A stretch of 64,000 nucleotides of DNA from a virus. Lineage: Duplodnaviria > Caudoviricetes. The stretch covers positions 64,416 through 128,415 of the IMG/VR virus record IMGVR_UViG_3300020036_009553; one strand, given 5' to 3'. Positions 37,709 through 46,962 of the stretch are shown here, piece by piece. A program made the position numbers and the translations under genes. Numbering within the stretch: position 1 is the first letter of the stretch; every line of letters begins with the position of its first letter. A model generated the notes under the pieces. That model did no database searches. It had not been told where the DNA came from and saw only the letters and a program-made list of their open reading frames with translations.

Positions 37709-39421
37709 TTAGGAGGATGTGTTGGGATCGTTGGGAACAGCCCTCGAGTAAAAAACATCTCCCCTTTTTGACAAAATTAATAGATGAAGCAATGTCAAAT
37801 AGAATATGCGTTTATTAACATCACTAATCGTTGTGGAATTTAACATTTTTGGGGTTGCTCCCTTTGCGATAGATGCTGCGTGAAATAATTCATCAATTTC
37901 AACTCGTGAGTTGTTTGACTCATAAATTTGTAGAATAAATTCACGTGGATCTGTTGGTAAGAGAGCAGCTGTGGATTCATCTTGAGGTAATGCGCTAATA
38001 AAATATCCCGCTATATGTCGGTATGGTGGGAGGGCAGCAGCAACCATTAACTTATCGTCCCATTCAATATGATGTTTGTGAACGTAGAAATACAGCAAAT
38101 GAAGGAGAGCTTTCGCAAAAATGAATTCTTCTCCCTGTTCCTCTACCGCCGCAATAATATTCTTCATTTTTCGTAGCATTGCTGTTTGAGTAGATTTATT
38201 GTGGAGTGTATTATACAAATCCACGATTTCCATACACATGGCATCAGGGCGGAACATGCGGCCGTCGCCTGTTGAGAGATTACCAGCAGGACATTGAAAA
38301 CATTCATCATGCATCGTACAAGTTTTACATTGAGCTTCTTCCAGAAACATTTTTTCATATTCACTCTGAAAAGTAGCATATCTGTCGATATATACAGCAT
38401 CATTAAATAGGTTACCAAGAATCGTGTTTCCTAATTGTTCTTTCATATTGGTGAAGAAATAACATCCAGAATAATCGCCACTTCCATCCATAGCAATCAT
38501 ATCAGACCCAACCATGCAATTGGATTTTCCCTTAATTCCAACTCCCTCAGAAAACTCAATATTGAAATCTGGATACTTCATAATCAAATAAGACACATCT
38601 TTCCGGAGTTGTGTCCAATTTTCCTCGGGCCACATTACGAAACCATCGGTGACGCTTGTAGTAAGTGGATGAATCACCATGTTGGTAAGACCTAGCCCAA
38701 TAATTTTTTCAACAAATGCAACCAATCGTGGTGCTGTCTCAATGGAAACGGTGTTACGAATGCACACATTGTGAATTCGTTTAGTGGTTTTAACAATTCG
38801 GTCCATCATTTTAAACAAATGATCTTGTTGATCTTGTGTCAAGTTGCGGTGATCATGCTCTAGTTCCGTTGTGTCTAGGCTGATTAACATTCCTGTAAAA
38901 TCATACCCAAAATATTCATCAACGAAATCGGGAGTTAATAGCAATCCATTGGTAACCATATCAATATGTTGGCGATTTGAATTTGCTGATAGCTCTAATT
39001 TGTGGGTGCGCAAAAAATCTAAAATCAATTTTTTATGGATCAATGGTTCTCCCCCAAAAAATTGAAAATGTTTCATTGTGACATTGTTGCAATTTAATAG
39101 GAAATCATAGATTTGTTTCAGAGAATCAACCGTGAACCGCCCATAATCAAGCCTGTGTTGTTCATAACAATAATCACAAGTTAAATTACAAGCATTTGTG
39201 AGAATAACATTGATTAATTGAAGTTGATTAAACAATTCAGGAACTTCTTTGATGGATACGATTCGTTCAGTATCCGTTGGTTTAATTGTTTTATACGCTT
39301 TGTTCGCAACAATTCCGTGAGGTGTCACAATGGATTTGGTTGTAACGATTAACCCATTTATGTGTTCGTCGATAAGATTATTTCTTTTTTTGTAAAATTC
39401 AATTGGTTGTGTTGCGGCCAT
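37709..39421 (-). CDS. radical SAM/SPASM protein with a long C-terminal extension (rSAM-1)
   Basis: CNLTCDYC, FFGGEPL, TNG, SLD; C.VG...G...GC, CKTC.....CFQCP....C. Confidence 0.92.
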   Translation of the reverse strand: MAATQPIEFYKKRNNLIDEHINGLIVTTKSIVTPHGIVANKAYKTIKPTDTERIVSIKEVPELFNQLQLINVILTNACNLTCDYCYEQHRLDYGRFTVDSLKQIYDFLLNCNNVTMKHFQFFGGEPLIHKKLILDFLRTHKLELSANSNRQHIDMVTNGLLLTPDFVDEYFGYDFTGMLISLDTTELEHDHRNLTQDQQDHLFKMMDRIVKTTKRIHNVCIRNTVSIETAPRLVAFVEKIIGLGLTNMVIHPLTTSVTDGFVMWPEENWTQLRKDVSYLIMKYPDFNIEFSEGVGIKGKSNCMVGSDMIAMDGSGDYSGCYFFTNMKEQLGNTILGNLFNDAVYIDRYATFQSEYEKMFLEEAQCKTCTMHDECFQCPAGNLSTGDGRMFRPDAMCMEIVDLYNTLHNKSTQTAMLRKMKNIIAAVEEQGEEFIFAKALLHLLYFYVHKHHIEWDDKLMVAAALPPYRHIAGYFISALPQDESTAALLPTDPREFILQIYESNNSRVEIDELFHAASIAKGATPKMLNSTTISDVNKRIFYLTLLHLLILSKRGDVFYSRAVPNDPNTSS

Positions 39422-39445
39422 AGGTATCTCCTTGGCAAATATGAG

Positions 39446-40342
39446 TTATGAGGATATAATTAAGGTGGAATATTCAAATCGCTCTGCTGGATCATTGGAG
39501 TCATCGCAAAATACACCAGAGTTAAATTTAATGTGGACGTACCCTAATTTATTGACGGGCGGAGTTATTAGTATTCCTGTTTCAGTAATCGTTGTGGTTA
39601 AATTAGTTTTAAATGTGGGATTCATATTCTTCCACCATTCTATTTGATCTGTTGGGGTTACATCAAAATATGGTCCACAAAAAAAGGAAATATGAAAAGG
39701 TTGGTCCTCACATATTAATATATTAGTAGATAGTTGGGTAGCCCCATCTATATGTGGGGATACAACTGCTTGTTTCAATGACCCATCTTCCCTGCCCACA
39801 GTCCGAATATGTAGTGTCTCTGTGGTAATATCACAATTATACGGAAGTCTGGCCATATTCTCATTAACCACGGCACAATATATGGATGTATTTTTTACAT
39901 TATAAAATCCCATAACTGGTAGAACAGCGATGTGCTCTGGAAATTCGGAATGTGTTATAATATCAATTAGTACCCCGTCACTCTTGCGACGGGCGATATA
40001 TCGTAGATTAGCAACAAACTCGTATTCTGATAGGTTGGTGGAAGGGGGAATTACTGCCAATAATACAAAATCACAATCTAATAATGAATGTATTATTGCG
40101 TTGAAGTCTATCGGGTGAACCAAAAATGTTTTCTCATTTAATGGTCCCGTTGGAGTAGTTGAATGTGCTATTACCATGGGGGAATCATGAATATCGTATG
40201 CTTTTCCGGGCATTACATGAAGTCCCATCGCTGGTCGTACACAATCGCTTATTCTACTACCAAATACACAATGAACAATATCTATGAATGAATCAAAAGC
40301 ATTTACTGCAGCAATGCCCTCTTTTACGTAAATATAATTCAT
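39446..40342 (-). CDS. hypothetical protein in the radical SAM operon (298 aa)
   Basis: co-oriented ORF starting 6 nt after the peptide gene. Confidence 0.75.
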   Translation of the reverse strand: MNYIYVKEGIAAVNAFDSFIDIVHCVFGSRISDCVRPAMGLHVMPGKAYDIHDSPMVIAHSTTPTGPLNEKTFLVHPIDFNAIIHSLLDCDFVLLAVIPPSTNLSEYEFVANLRYIARRKSDGVLIDIITHSEFPEHIAVLPVMGFYNVKNTSIYCAVVNENMARLPYNCDITTETLHIRTVGREDGSLKQAVVSPHIDGATQLSTNILICEDQPFHISFFCGPYFDVTPTDQIEWWKNMNPTFKTNLTTTITETGILITPPVNKLGYVHIKFNSGVFCDDSNDPAERFEYSTLIISS

Positions 40343-40348
40343 GTGTAA

Positions 40349-40561
40349 TTATAAAATCCCTCTGGTGCAATTGTTGTTAACCCAACAATTGCAAGCTGTT
40401 CCATAATCGTCGTAATACACGTGGGTATGACTTACCAATGCGTCAAGGCAGGCAATCATATCGTGAAACACTCCCACTGTGATGGGATCACCGATGTTAG
40501 GGGTAGCTTGAACGTTTGGTTGGGCGGTTGAACTAAATGCTGTATTATCAGAAGCGCTCAT
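40349..40561 (-). CDS. 70-aa His/Tyr/Cys-rich peptide, candidate radical SAM substrate
   Basis: AAGGA RBS; first gene after a promoter; C-terminus HTHVYYDDYGTACNCWVNNNCTRGIL. Confidence 0.8.
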   Translation of the reverse strand: MSASDNTAFSSTAQPNVQATPNIGDPITVGVFHDMIACLDALVSHTHVYYDDYGTACNCWVNNNCTRGIL

Positions 40562-40593
40562 AAGGTTTTTCCTTTATTATAATTTATATTTTT

Positions 40594-40622
40594 ATTATAC
40601 GACAATCGTATGCATAAGACAA
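40594..40622 (-). promoter_or_regulatory. sigma70-type promoter of the peptide-radical SAM operon
   Basis: TTGTCT(40622-40617)-N17-TATAAT(40599-40594). Confidence 0.7.
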
Positions 40623-40627
40623 CAATA

Positions 40628-41068
40628 TTAATAAGAATCGTCGTACCAGAAATGATAGTGGTGTAATCTAACTGCTAATATACGATTTCTCAAGGTATCC
40701 ACACTGGCTTTGGTGATGGCTGTTCCCTGTGCGCACGGATTGTTGATGTTATACGTGTACATGTATCCATTTACGTTATATGGGTATCCTGACGTTTCCC
40801 AGTGATCAAGTGTTGTAGTTGCCACTTGGTCATATCCTCCGGTGGTAACATTGTGTAAATCATAGATTTGGTGTGTATGATAACCAAACGTGGAAGTAAG
40901 ATAATTGATAGAACTCATCGTTGCTGCCGTAATGGACGCCCCTGTAGCAATGCCAGCTTTTATTGTTGCGTGAGCTGCCTTTGTAGACCAAGCATTCTCT
41001 ACATTAGTCGTTCGTGTAGCCTGGTAAAAAGTTAGCGGTTGTTGCCAATATTCATAATCCCACCCCAT
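40628..41068 (-). CDS. 146-aa aromatic/His-rich protein with two GxxIT...HxH repeats
   Basis: AAGGAG RBS; motif shared with the 70-aa peptide. Confidence 0.8.
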   Translation of the reverse strand: MGWDYEYWQQPLTFYQATRTTNVENAWSTKAAHATIKAGIATGASITAATMSSINYLTSTFGYHTHQIYDLHNVTTGGYDQVATTTLDHWETSGYPYNVNGYMYTYNINNPCAQGTAITKASVDTLRNRILAVRLHHYHFWYDDSY

Positions 41069-41083
41069 GTGTTAATCTCCTTT

Positions 41084-42526
41084 TTATGAATACACAGCAG
41101 GGTACACTTGTTTCCAAGCACCATTTGCTCTAATGTAAATTAAATTTCCAGAAACAAGAATATCACCATTCTTTTCTGTGCCACCAGTAGGGTTAATTCT
41201 TGGGGTATTGGCTGCGGTTACTCCTCCTAGGCCACCTGATATAGCATTTACTTGATCGACAACATATTTTTTAGTGGCAGCATCTTGGTTAGCTATTGGG
41301 TCTGCTACATTATGAACAAGCTGGTTATTCATGTTCACATTGGTGCCGTTTATTGATACTCCGCCGGCATTAAGTGTCGTACCATTAACAGTTGCTGCGG
41401 TTAATGTACCAGTCACTCCAGCGTTTCCAGAGACATTCAATGTTACTACGTTGGCGGTAGATAAAGTAGAAATTCCTGTTACACCAGCAGCTCCAGTAAC
41501 TGTCAGGGAAGAAATAGTTGCGCCACCATTTAAAGTAGCTGCTCCCGTTACGCCTAATGTTGTAGATACTGTAGCTGCACTTATAGTAGCTCCACCGTTC
41601 AATGTTGTGGTGCCGGAAACAATTAGGTTTCCTGTAATGGTTCCACCAGCCTTGAGTAAGTATAATCCGTTTGATGCGGTTTCTGAAGCAGATATGGCGG
41701 TTGTTACATAATCATATACAACCCCACCATTGGTAGCTTGTTTGTTGCCAGACGCCACAATGCCATTAGCCAGGTTGATGATTTTGAAGTTGTTCATATT
41801 CAAATCACCACCAAGCACCATATTTCCGCCACCACTCAGCAATGAGTTCCAAGCGGTTCCGTTCCAAATGTTTATTTCATTGGTGTTAGTATCATACCAA
41901 ATTGTACCACGCTGTGGATCTGATGGGGCTACGCTGGTTACCGTTACTGTTGTCGGGGAAATCCACTCTCCACTTCCGCCATTTGTGTAAGCGTTATAGA
42001 CCAATAGTCCATGTTCAGGAGAATTAGTAGGAGCTGTCCCTGACCCGCCAGGTGGAGTTAGATTGGTAAAATACCTTGGCATCCATGCCGCCCCAGCTTG
42101 CTTATATGCCGAATCCCAACGATACAATGTGTCATCAGCGGAACTATAATAATACGCACCAATGGTTGGATTACCTGGAGGTGCTGTGGCAACAATGCCT
42201 GTACCGTTTAACCTAGCCCACACATTTGATGAAGGATTAAACCACCACCATCCTTCATCATCAGCAAGACTTGAGTCATGGTAATAATAACGAATAGTAT
42301 TCCACAATTGCCCGGAAATAGGGCTAACCGGTGGCGATGATCCACCGAAAGTTTCAGCTAATCGAATCAGATCTTCATCAACTGCTTCTCCCCATTCAAG
42401 AGCACCACGTCCATATAAACGCAATGATGAGTTTGATTGGGCGCCGCCAGGACCATTGAATCCACCAGGCTGAATTAAAAATCCACTTTTTAGTGGATCC
42501 GATAGGGTGATATCGTATGTTGACAT
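41084..42526 (-). CDS. tail fibre-like structural protein (480 aa)
   Basis: same N-terminal domain as 31547..34165; G.IWYDT, DAATKKYV; CATAAATA at 42563-42570. Confidence 0.8.
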   Translation of the reverse strand: MSTYDITLSDPLKSGFLIQPGGFNGPGGAQSNSSLRLYGRGALEWGEAVDEDLIRLAETFGGSSPPVSPISGQLWNTIRYYYHDSSLADDEGWWWFNPSSNVWARLNGTGIVATAPPGNPTIGAYYYSSADDTLYRWDSAYKQAGAAWMPRYFTNLTPPGGSGTAPTNSPEHGLLVYNAYTNGGSGEWISPTTVTVTSVAPSDPQRGTIWYDTNTNEINIWNGTAWNSLLSGGGNMVLGGDLNMNNFKIINLANGIVASGNKQATNGGVVYDYVTTAISASETASNGLYLLKAGGTITGNLIVSGTTTLNGGATISAATVSTTLGVTGAATLNGGATISSLTVTGAAGVTGISTLSTANVVTLNVSGNAGVTGTLTAATVNGTTLNAGGVSINGTNVNMNNQLVHNVADPIANQDAATKKYVVDQVNAISGGLGGVTAANTPRINPTGGTEKNGDILVSGNLIYIRANGAWKQVYPAVYS

Positions 42527-42587
42527 AAGTATTATTCCTCTACATTAAACAGAATTATATCTTATTTATGCTTGGGCATTACTTATG

Positions 42588-43316
42588 TTAGAGATCTAAT
42601 TGGGTTAGATATTTTTTAGCTTCATTAACTATTTCAGGCCGCGTAGAAAATTGTTCTTTCCAATAGGTTGGCCGAATTAATGTTTCCAATATAGTTTTTT
42701 GTTCGGTAGTTGTATTTGATACAAAGTATTTTTTGAACGCAGTACTATGTAATAACACCCACGGAGATATTTTTCGTACGCGAATCCAATGGATTAAATC
42801 ATAGGGATCAATAACATTGAATACCGCAGACGGATCAACATTGTGCAAAGTTGCAGTTTTAACCAATAAGGTAATTGATTGTTTTATCAAATCAACAGGG
42901 TCAGCTTGTTTATCAACATACTCAATATACAAAGTATACACAGCATCAGATACCCACATGCCAGGAGGGTATTTTTGTTCTGAGGCAAACCAAATAAATT
43001 TATCGGGAAATGGCAATTCAACTTTTTTTACGAATTTCGTAAAGTTGATAAACGTTCTGAAATAGTTAGAGTTCATAAAGGTATCAGGAGTGGGGGTAGG
43101 TTTTTTGGAATACCTATACCAAGTTTGGTAATATATCCACGCTCCTTGTCCTAATGGGGTCTTAAATTCATTGAATCGTTTTATCTGTTTACATTCGTGA
43201 GCAACAAATCGTGACTCTGTTAAAAAAGCATGTTTACAAAACTTGCAGGTAAACGTCTGCCGTTGTTTTACTGGGTGCTGTGGCAAAATTGGCACAATTG
43301 ACGAGAAATCTACCAT
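42588..43316 (-). CDS. hypothetical protein with an N-terminal zinc finger
   Basis: CKFC...F....F..HEC. Confidence 0.7.
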   Translation of the reverse strand: MVDFSSIVPILPQHPVKQRQTFTCKFCKHAFLTESRFVAHECKQIKRFNEFKTPLGQGAWIYYQTWYRYSKKPTPTPDTFMNSNYFRTFINFTKFVKKVELPFPDKFIWFASEQKYPPGMWVSDAVYTLYIEYVDKQADPVDLIKQSITLLVKTATLHNVDPSAVFNVIDPYDLIHWIRVRKISPWVLLHSTAFKKYFVSNTTTEQKTILETLIRPTYWKEQFSTRPEIVNEAKKYLTQLDL

Positions 43317-43334
43317 GTGAGTCCTTGTATATGA

Positions 43335-43811
43335 TTAAACCCATTCTTTTTTCAACTTTGTTAATTCGGTAGGCTGAAACCCACGATCAACTGCCATTTC
43401 ATACACATCTTGCATTGTTAGGAGTGATAATGATTCGGATGCTTGTTTTATACTGTATCCGTATTGGTCTTGCAATAACTTGATTGACATTGGTTTTGCA
43501 GCATTGCCCCGTCCAGGAGCTTTAATCCATTGAACCTTTTGATTTGTTCCAGAGTTTGCGATGGTGAGTAACTGCCATAATAATAATTTATGTTGCGACA
43601 TGCTAAACACAAGTGGATTGATTAATTCGTTTATCAAAACAACCTGGTCGGGCCGAATGGTCCCTGACATCCAACGCATTATCAACACGGGGTAAAATGT
43701 TTTTTGTTCTTCTGGTGTCAATTCATCAAAAAAATCAACATTTTTTTTATTTGCCGCATTGATAACGCGAAAAATGTCTAACCGCGCCGACTTAGTGTTA
43801 TCGTCGTTCAT
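43335..43811 (-). CDS. putative clamp loader small subunit (T4 gp62-like)
   Basis: F.P.LIMRWMS...NE.IN pattern, size, position near the clamp loader ATPase. Confidence 0.55.
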   Translation of the reverse strand: MNDDNTKSARLDIFRVINAANKKNVDFFDELTPEEQKTFYPVLIMRWMSGTIRPDQVVLINELINPLVFSMSQHKLLLWQLLTIANSGTNQKVQWIKAPGRGNAAKPMSIKLLQDQYGYSIKQASESLSLLTMQDVYEMAVDRGFQPTELTKLKKEWV

Positions 43812-44142
43812 TGTGCAATACTTTGAAGTTCTTCATACAAAATTTACATTGAATAGTTCCATCAGACTGGAGAACTAATTCATCAAAAGGATGCACGCAT
43901 TCGTGAACCATGTCTAACCGGAGGCAAGATATAGCATCCATGATAGGAACCTTCTCAGCTAATGCAGCGGTAATTCGTTCTTCAATTGGAGTTAATTTAG
44001 CAAGCAACGCATTCATATTATCCATTTTTCGTTGCCAAGAAACCTTTTCACTACGGGATGCTCCATCAGCTACTGTTTCTAACAATCTTCTGGTTGTTGT
44101 TTCTTCGGGTGTTTCATCATCGGGGCGTTTTCTACGTGCCAT
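43798..44142 (-). CDS. hypothetical protein (C.H...C..C); start moved to ATG 44142
   Basis: AAGGA RBS. Confidence 0.7.
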   Translation of the reverse strand: MARRKRPDDETPEETTTRRLLETVADGASRSEKVSWQRKMDNMNALLAKLTPIEERITAALAEKVPIMDAISCLRLDMVHECVHPFDELVLQSDGTIQCKFCMKNFKVLHNERR

Positions 44143-44156
44143 TATGTTTATCCTTT

Positions 44157-45089
44157 TTATTGTAAAGTAATTTGTCCTAGTTTGATAAAACATGCTGCTG
44201 CACAAATCTCTTGGTCGGCTACCATTGAGTTTCTATACAAGTGATCAGCAATAATCACGATAGCTTCTTCCCATGTTGATTTGTGTTGAAATTTTGGACA
44301 CTTGTGAATATTAGTGTAAAGAAATCTATACAAGTCCTCCCAATCGTTTGATGACAGACTTTCACATACTAACTTGCGAGCCATCACCCACTTATTTCGT
44401 TCGATTAAATCCAACAATTGTATTTTGTATTCGGCGGTGGATCCTTGTGATTGGGGCAGGGACAGAGTACCATCCGTGGAATTTTGTTGTAGTGTTATAA
44501 TTAATTTGCGAATATCAGGATAAGTCATCGATACGATTTTATCAACTGTATCTAAATCAAATTTAATGTGTTCTGTGGAAAGAATGTTGATTGCCAATTC
44601 AGTAATATCACTTTGACTAGCTGACTTGAAAAAATACTGATGGAATCGGGACCGAAGCGGTGGAATAATTTTATTAACTTCATTGCAAGTAAGAATGAAG
44701 CGGACATTTTCGCCTGCTTCCTCTGTGAAAGCCTTTAGTGCTCGTTGAGCAACAGGAGTTAACGCATCTGCTTCTTCGAGATGAATTATTTTGAAATCTC
44801 CGATGGAAAAAGAGGTGGCAAATCCTTTAATTACGTCTCGGAAAGTGTCGATTCCACGATCATCAGATGCATTAATTATCAATACATCCATTTCGTTCAC
44901 ATCCATTTCGTTGATAAGAATCTTTGCCATGGTTGTCTTGCCACTCCCTGTCATCCCTGATAACAGGAGGTGCGGAATGGTTTTACTCATAACCATGTTG
45001 CTAAAGGCAGTTTTGTGGTTAGGATTTTGGAAAATGTACCCATCAAGAGTTGATGGACGATATTTTTCTTCCCATAATTTATGTTCCAT
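44157..45089 (-). CDS. sliding clamp loader ATPase subunit (T4 gp44 / RFC-like)
   Basis: LWEEKYRP, GMTGSGKTT, NASDDRGID, EEAD.LT..AQ.AL, LRSR. Confidence 0.92.
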   Translation of the reverse strand: MEHKLWEEKYRPSTLDGYIFQNPNHKTAFSNMVMSKTIPHLLLSGMTGSGKTTMAKILINEMDVNEMDVLIINASDDRGIDTFRDVIKGFATSFSIGDFKIIHLEEADALTPVAQRALKAFTEEAGENVRFILTCNEVNKIIPPLRSRFHQYFFKSASQSDITELAINILSTEHIKFDLDTVDKIVSMTYPDIRKLIITLQQNSTDGTLSLPQSQGSTAEYKIQLLDLIERNKWVMARKLVCESLSSNDWEDLYRFLYTNIHKCPKFQHKSTWEEAIVIIADHLYRNSMVADQEICAAACFIKLGQITLQ

Positions 45090-45164
45090 GTATTTTCTCT
45101 TAAAAATATAACCTATTGAATATTTTATTATACACGAACTTCGTTAAAACCACAACGCAAAATG

Positions 45165-45190
45165 ATAAAACCTCCAATTGGAGGTTTTAT
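45165..45190 (-). terminator. intrinsic terminator
   Basis: ataaaacctcc-aatt-ggaggttttat. Confidence 0.7.
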
Positions 45191-46362
45191 GCGTAGATGC
45201 TCAATTTGTGTTTTTCCAATACTTGTTTAATAGCAGCTAATTCCCATAATTCATCTTGAGAGAGTTCTTCTCCATCTGCTAATCGTTGTGTTAACCAGCG
45301 ATGATACGCAATTAATTCACTAATTTTTTCGGTTGGATTTTTAGGATCCCATATTCCAATGTATGGTCGTGTGTGACGTTGGGTGGGGGGTGGGAGGGAG
45401 ACATCTGGGTTGAGATGAATTGGTTCTACAATTGGTTCTACAATTGGTTCTACAATTGGTTCTACAATTGGTTCTACAATTGGTTCTACAATTGGTTCTA
45501 CAATTGGTTCTACAATTGGTTCTACAATTGGTTCTACAATTGGTTCTTTTAGAACCTTATCTAAATTCACGGAAGCAGGTGACCGAAATGCTCGTTTGAA
45601 CTCAGCGAGAGTTGGAGGTTGTCTATTTAGATCAAACGCAGGAGTACTTAACTGAGGTGAAGCGACAGATTGTTTAAGATCTTCTCGCCGCTGTCTTAAT
45701 GCAACGTTAAGAGCTAGGGTGAGAGCGACAGCAAATGGATCAAATGCAAAAATAATCAAGTAAATCAAATATTTAGTAGCGTTATCGGTATCCAATCCAA
45801 CCGCTTTAGCAATGTACGTAATGGGCCCTACGTGAGCTTCTGTTTGAATGAGTTTTTGTCTTGTTTCTAGTACTTTTGCATCTAATTCGCTAATTCTTGC
45901 CGTAACGGATGTTTGTTCATCTTTAAACCCTTTCATGAGTTGTGTGCGACCTCTGACAGAATTTGCAGGTAATTGAGAAATTTGTGTATCTATATTAGTT
46001 TTGCGGTCTATTAATCGGGTCTTTTCTTCGGTTAATAATTTAACTTGTTCTTCAAGTTGTTTGAGAGGGAGAGAGTCAGTTTGGTATCCTGCACTCAAAT
46101 ACCCAAAGTGTCCAATTCCTGTCACAAACATCAAATCAACGACAAAAAATAAAATGGAGGCTTTAAGCAAAATCTGCGTTTTATCCCAATACCTATAAAG
46201 ATATGAAGCTCCAACTAGCTTTGCTATACCAAGTGCCACCCCCATTATCACAACAGGCCAAAAGATTCCATGGAAGGTAGTTGCTAATCCCCACACACTA
46301 AAAAATTCTGATACTGATGCTAAAAAGAACGCACTAAACCCCAATAATATGATAAACGCCAT
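45187..46362 (-). CDS. multi-pass membrane protein with coiled coil and EPIV repeat
   Basis: three N-terminal TMs, coiled coil, IIFAFDP.A TM. Confidence 0.8.
   Translation of the reverse strand: MAFIILLGFSAFFLASVSEFFSVWGLATTFHGIFWPVVIMGVALGIAKLVGASYLYRYWDKTQILLKASILFFVVDLMFVTGIGHFGYLSAGYQTDSLPLKQLEEQVKLLTEEKTRLIDRKTNIDTQISQLPANSVRGRTQLMKGFKDEQTSVTARISELDAKVLETRQKLIQTEAHVGPITYIAKAVGLDTDNATKYLIYLIIFAFDPFAVALTLALNVALRQRREDLKQSVASPQLSTPAFDLNRQPPTLAEFKRAFRSPASVNLDKVLKEPIVEPIVEPIVEPIVEPIVEPIVEPIVEPIVEPIVEPIVEPIHLNPDVSLPPPTQRHTRPYIGIWDPKNPTEKISELIAYHRWLTQRLADGEELSQDELWELAAIKQVLEKHKLSIYA
45418..45547. repeat. perfect 12-bp tandem repeat, about 10.8 copies
   Basis: (aattggttctac)n encoding (EPIV)n. 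Confidence 0.97.
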
Positions 46363-46375
46363 TTATTTCTCCAAT

Positions 46376-46942
46376 TTAATCGTTGGGACTATAAACAAGA
46401 ATATCATCTTCTTTGATAAAAGCAAGGTTTGTTTTATCAATAGTATCAGTAAAAAGCTCTCCATTATAATAGATAGTAGCATTTTGCAATTCTTGAGATA
46501 CTCCCTCACCAATAGCAACAACTGTGCCTGATGCGGTATCATCCTGAGACCCATTCACAACAAAAAATCCAGGCCATACTTCTTTCGTAGTTTCTTTTTC
46601 CAAAAGTGAAAAAATAACACGACCCGGCATAGGAACAAGTTGATCATTGCGACGAACCACAGCAACCTCAGACTCGTCCGTTTTCCAAAAAACATCTCCA
46701 TTGTATTTTAACCCAGACGTCCATCGTAACGCAGGGATTAATATAATATCATCTTGCTTAACAAAGGTACATTCAGGCCCTGTACTAATTACAGTAGCCC
46801 ATCTCGGTTGTTTGGCACTGTTATCTGTTGTTGATATCAGGGTAATACCTGTTTCGGTAGATTCTCTTACAAACGTTCCAGCGGAAGTAATTTCATCAAC
46901 AAATTGAAATATAATTCCGGTATTAATTGCGGCAACTGTCAT
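46376..46942 (-). CDS. tandem GroES-like co-chaperonin
   Basis: T.TGI.L...ATVISTGP..VK.DD and P.PGRVI...GTVVAIGEG...IKEDDIL halves. Confidence 0.7.
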   Translation of the reverse strand: MTVAAINTGIIFQFVDEITSAGTFVRESTETGITLISTTDNSAKQPRWATVISTGPECTFVKQDDIILIPALRWTSGLKYNGDVFWKTDESEVAVVRRNDQLVPMPGRVIFSLLEKETTKEVWPGFFVVNGSQDDTASGTVVAIGEGVSQELQNATIYYNGELFTDTIDKTNLAFIKEDDILVYSPND

Positions 46943-46962
46943 TGCATATATTCCTTATAGTA

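Noticed and set aside
34248-39421. Radical SAM genes as QueE, NrdG or anaerobic sulfatase maturase
   Set aside because: Too long and mostly SPASM-bearing for QueE or NrdG; no sulfatase in the window. A target elsewhere in the genome cannot be excluded.
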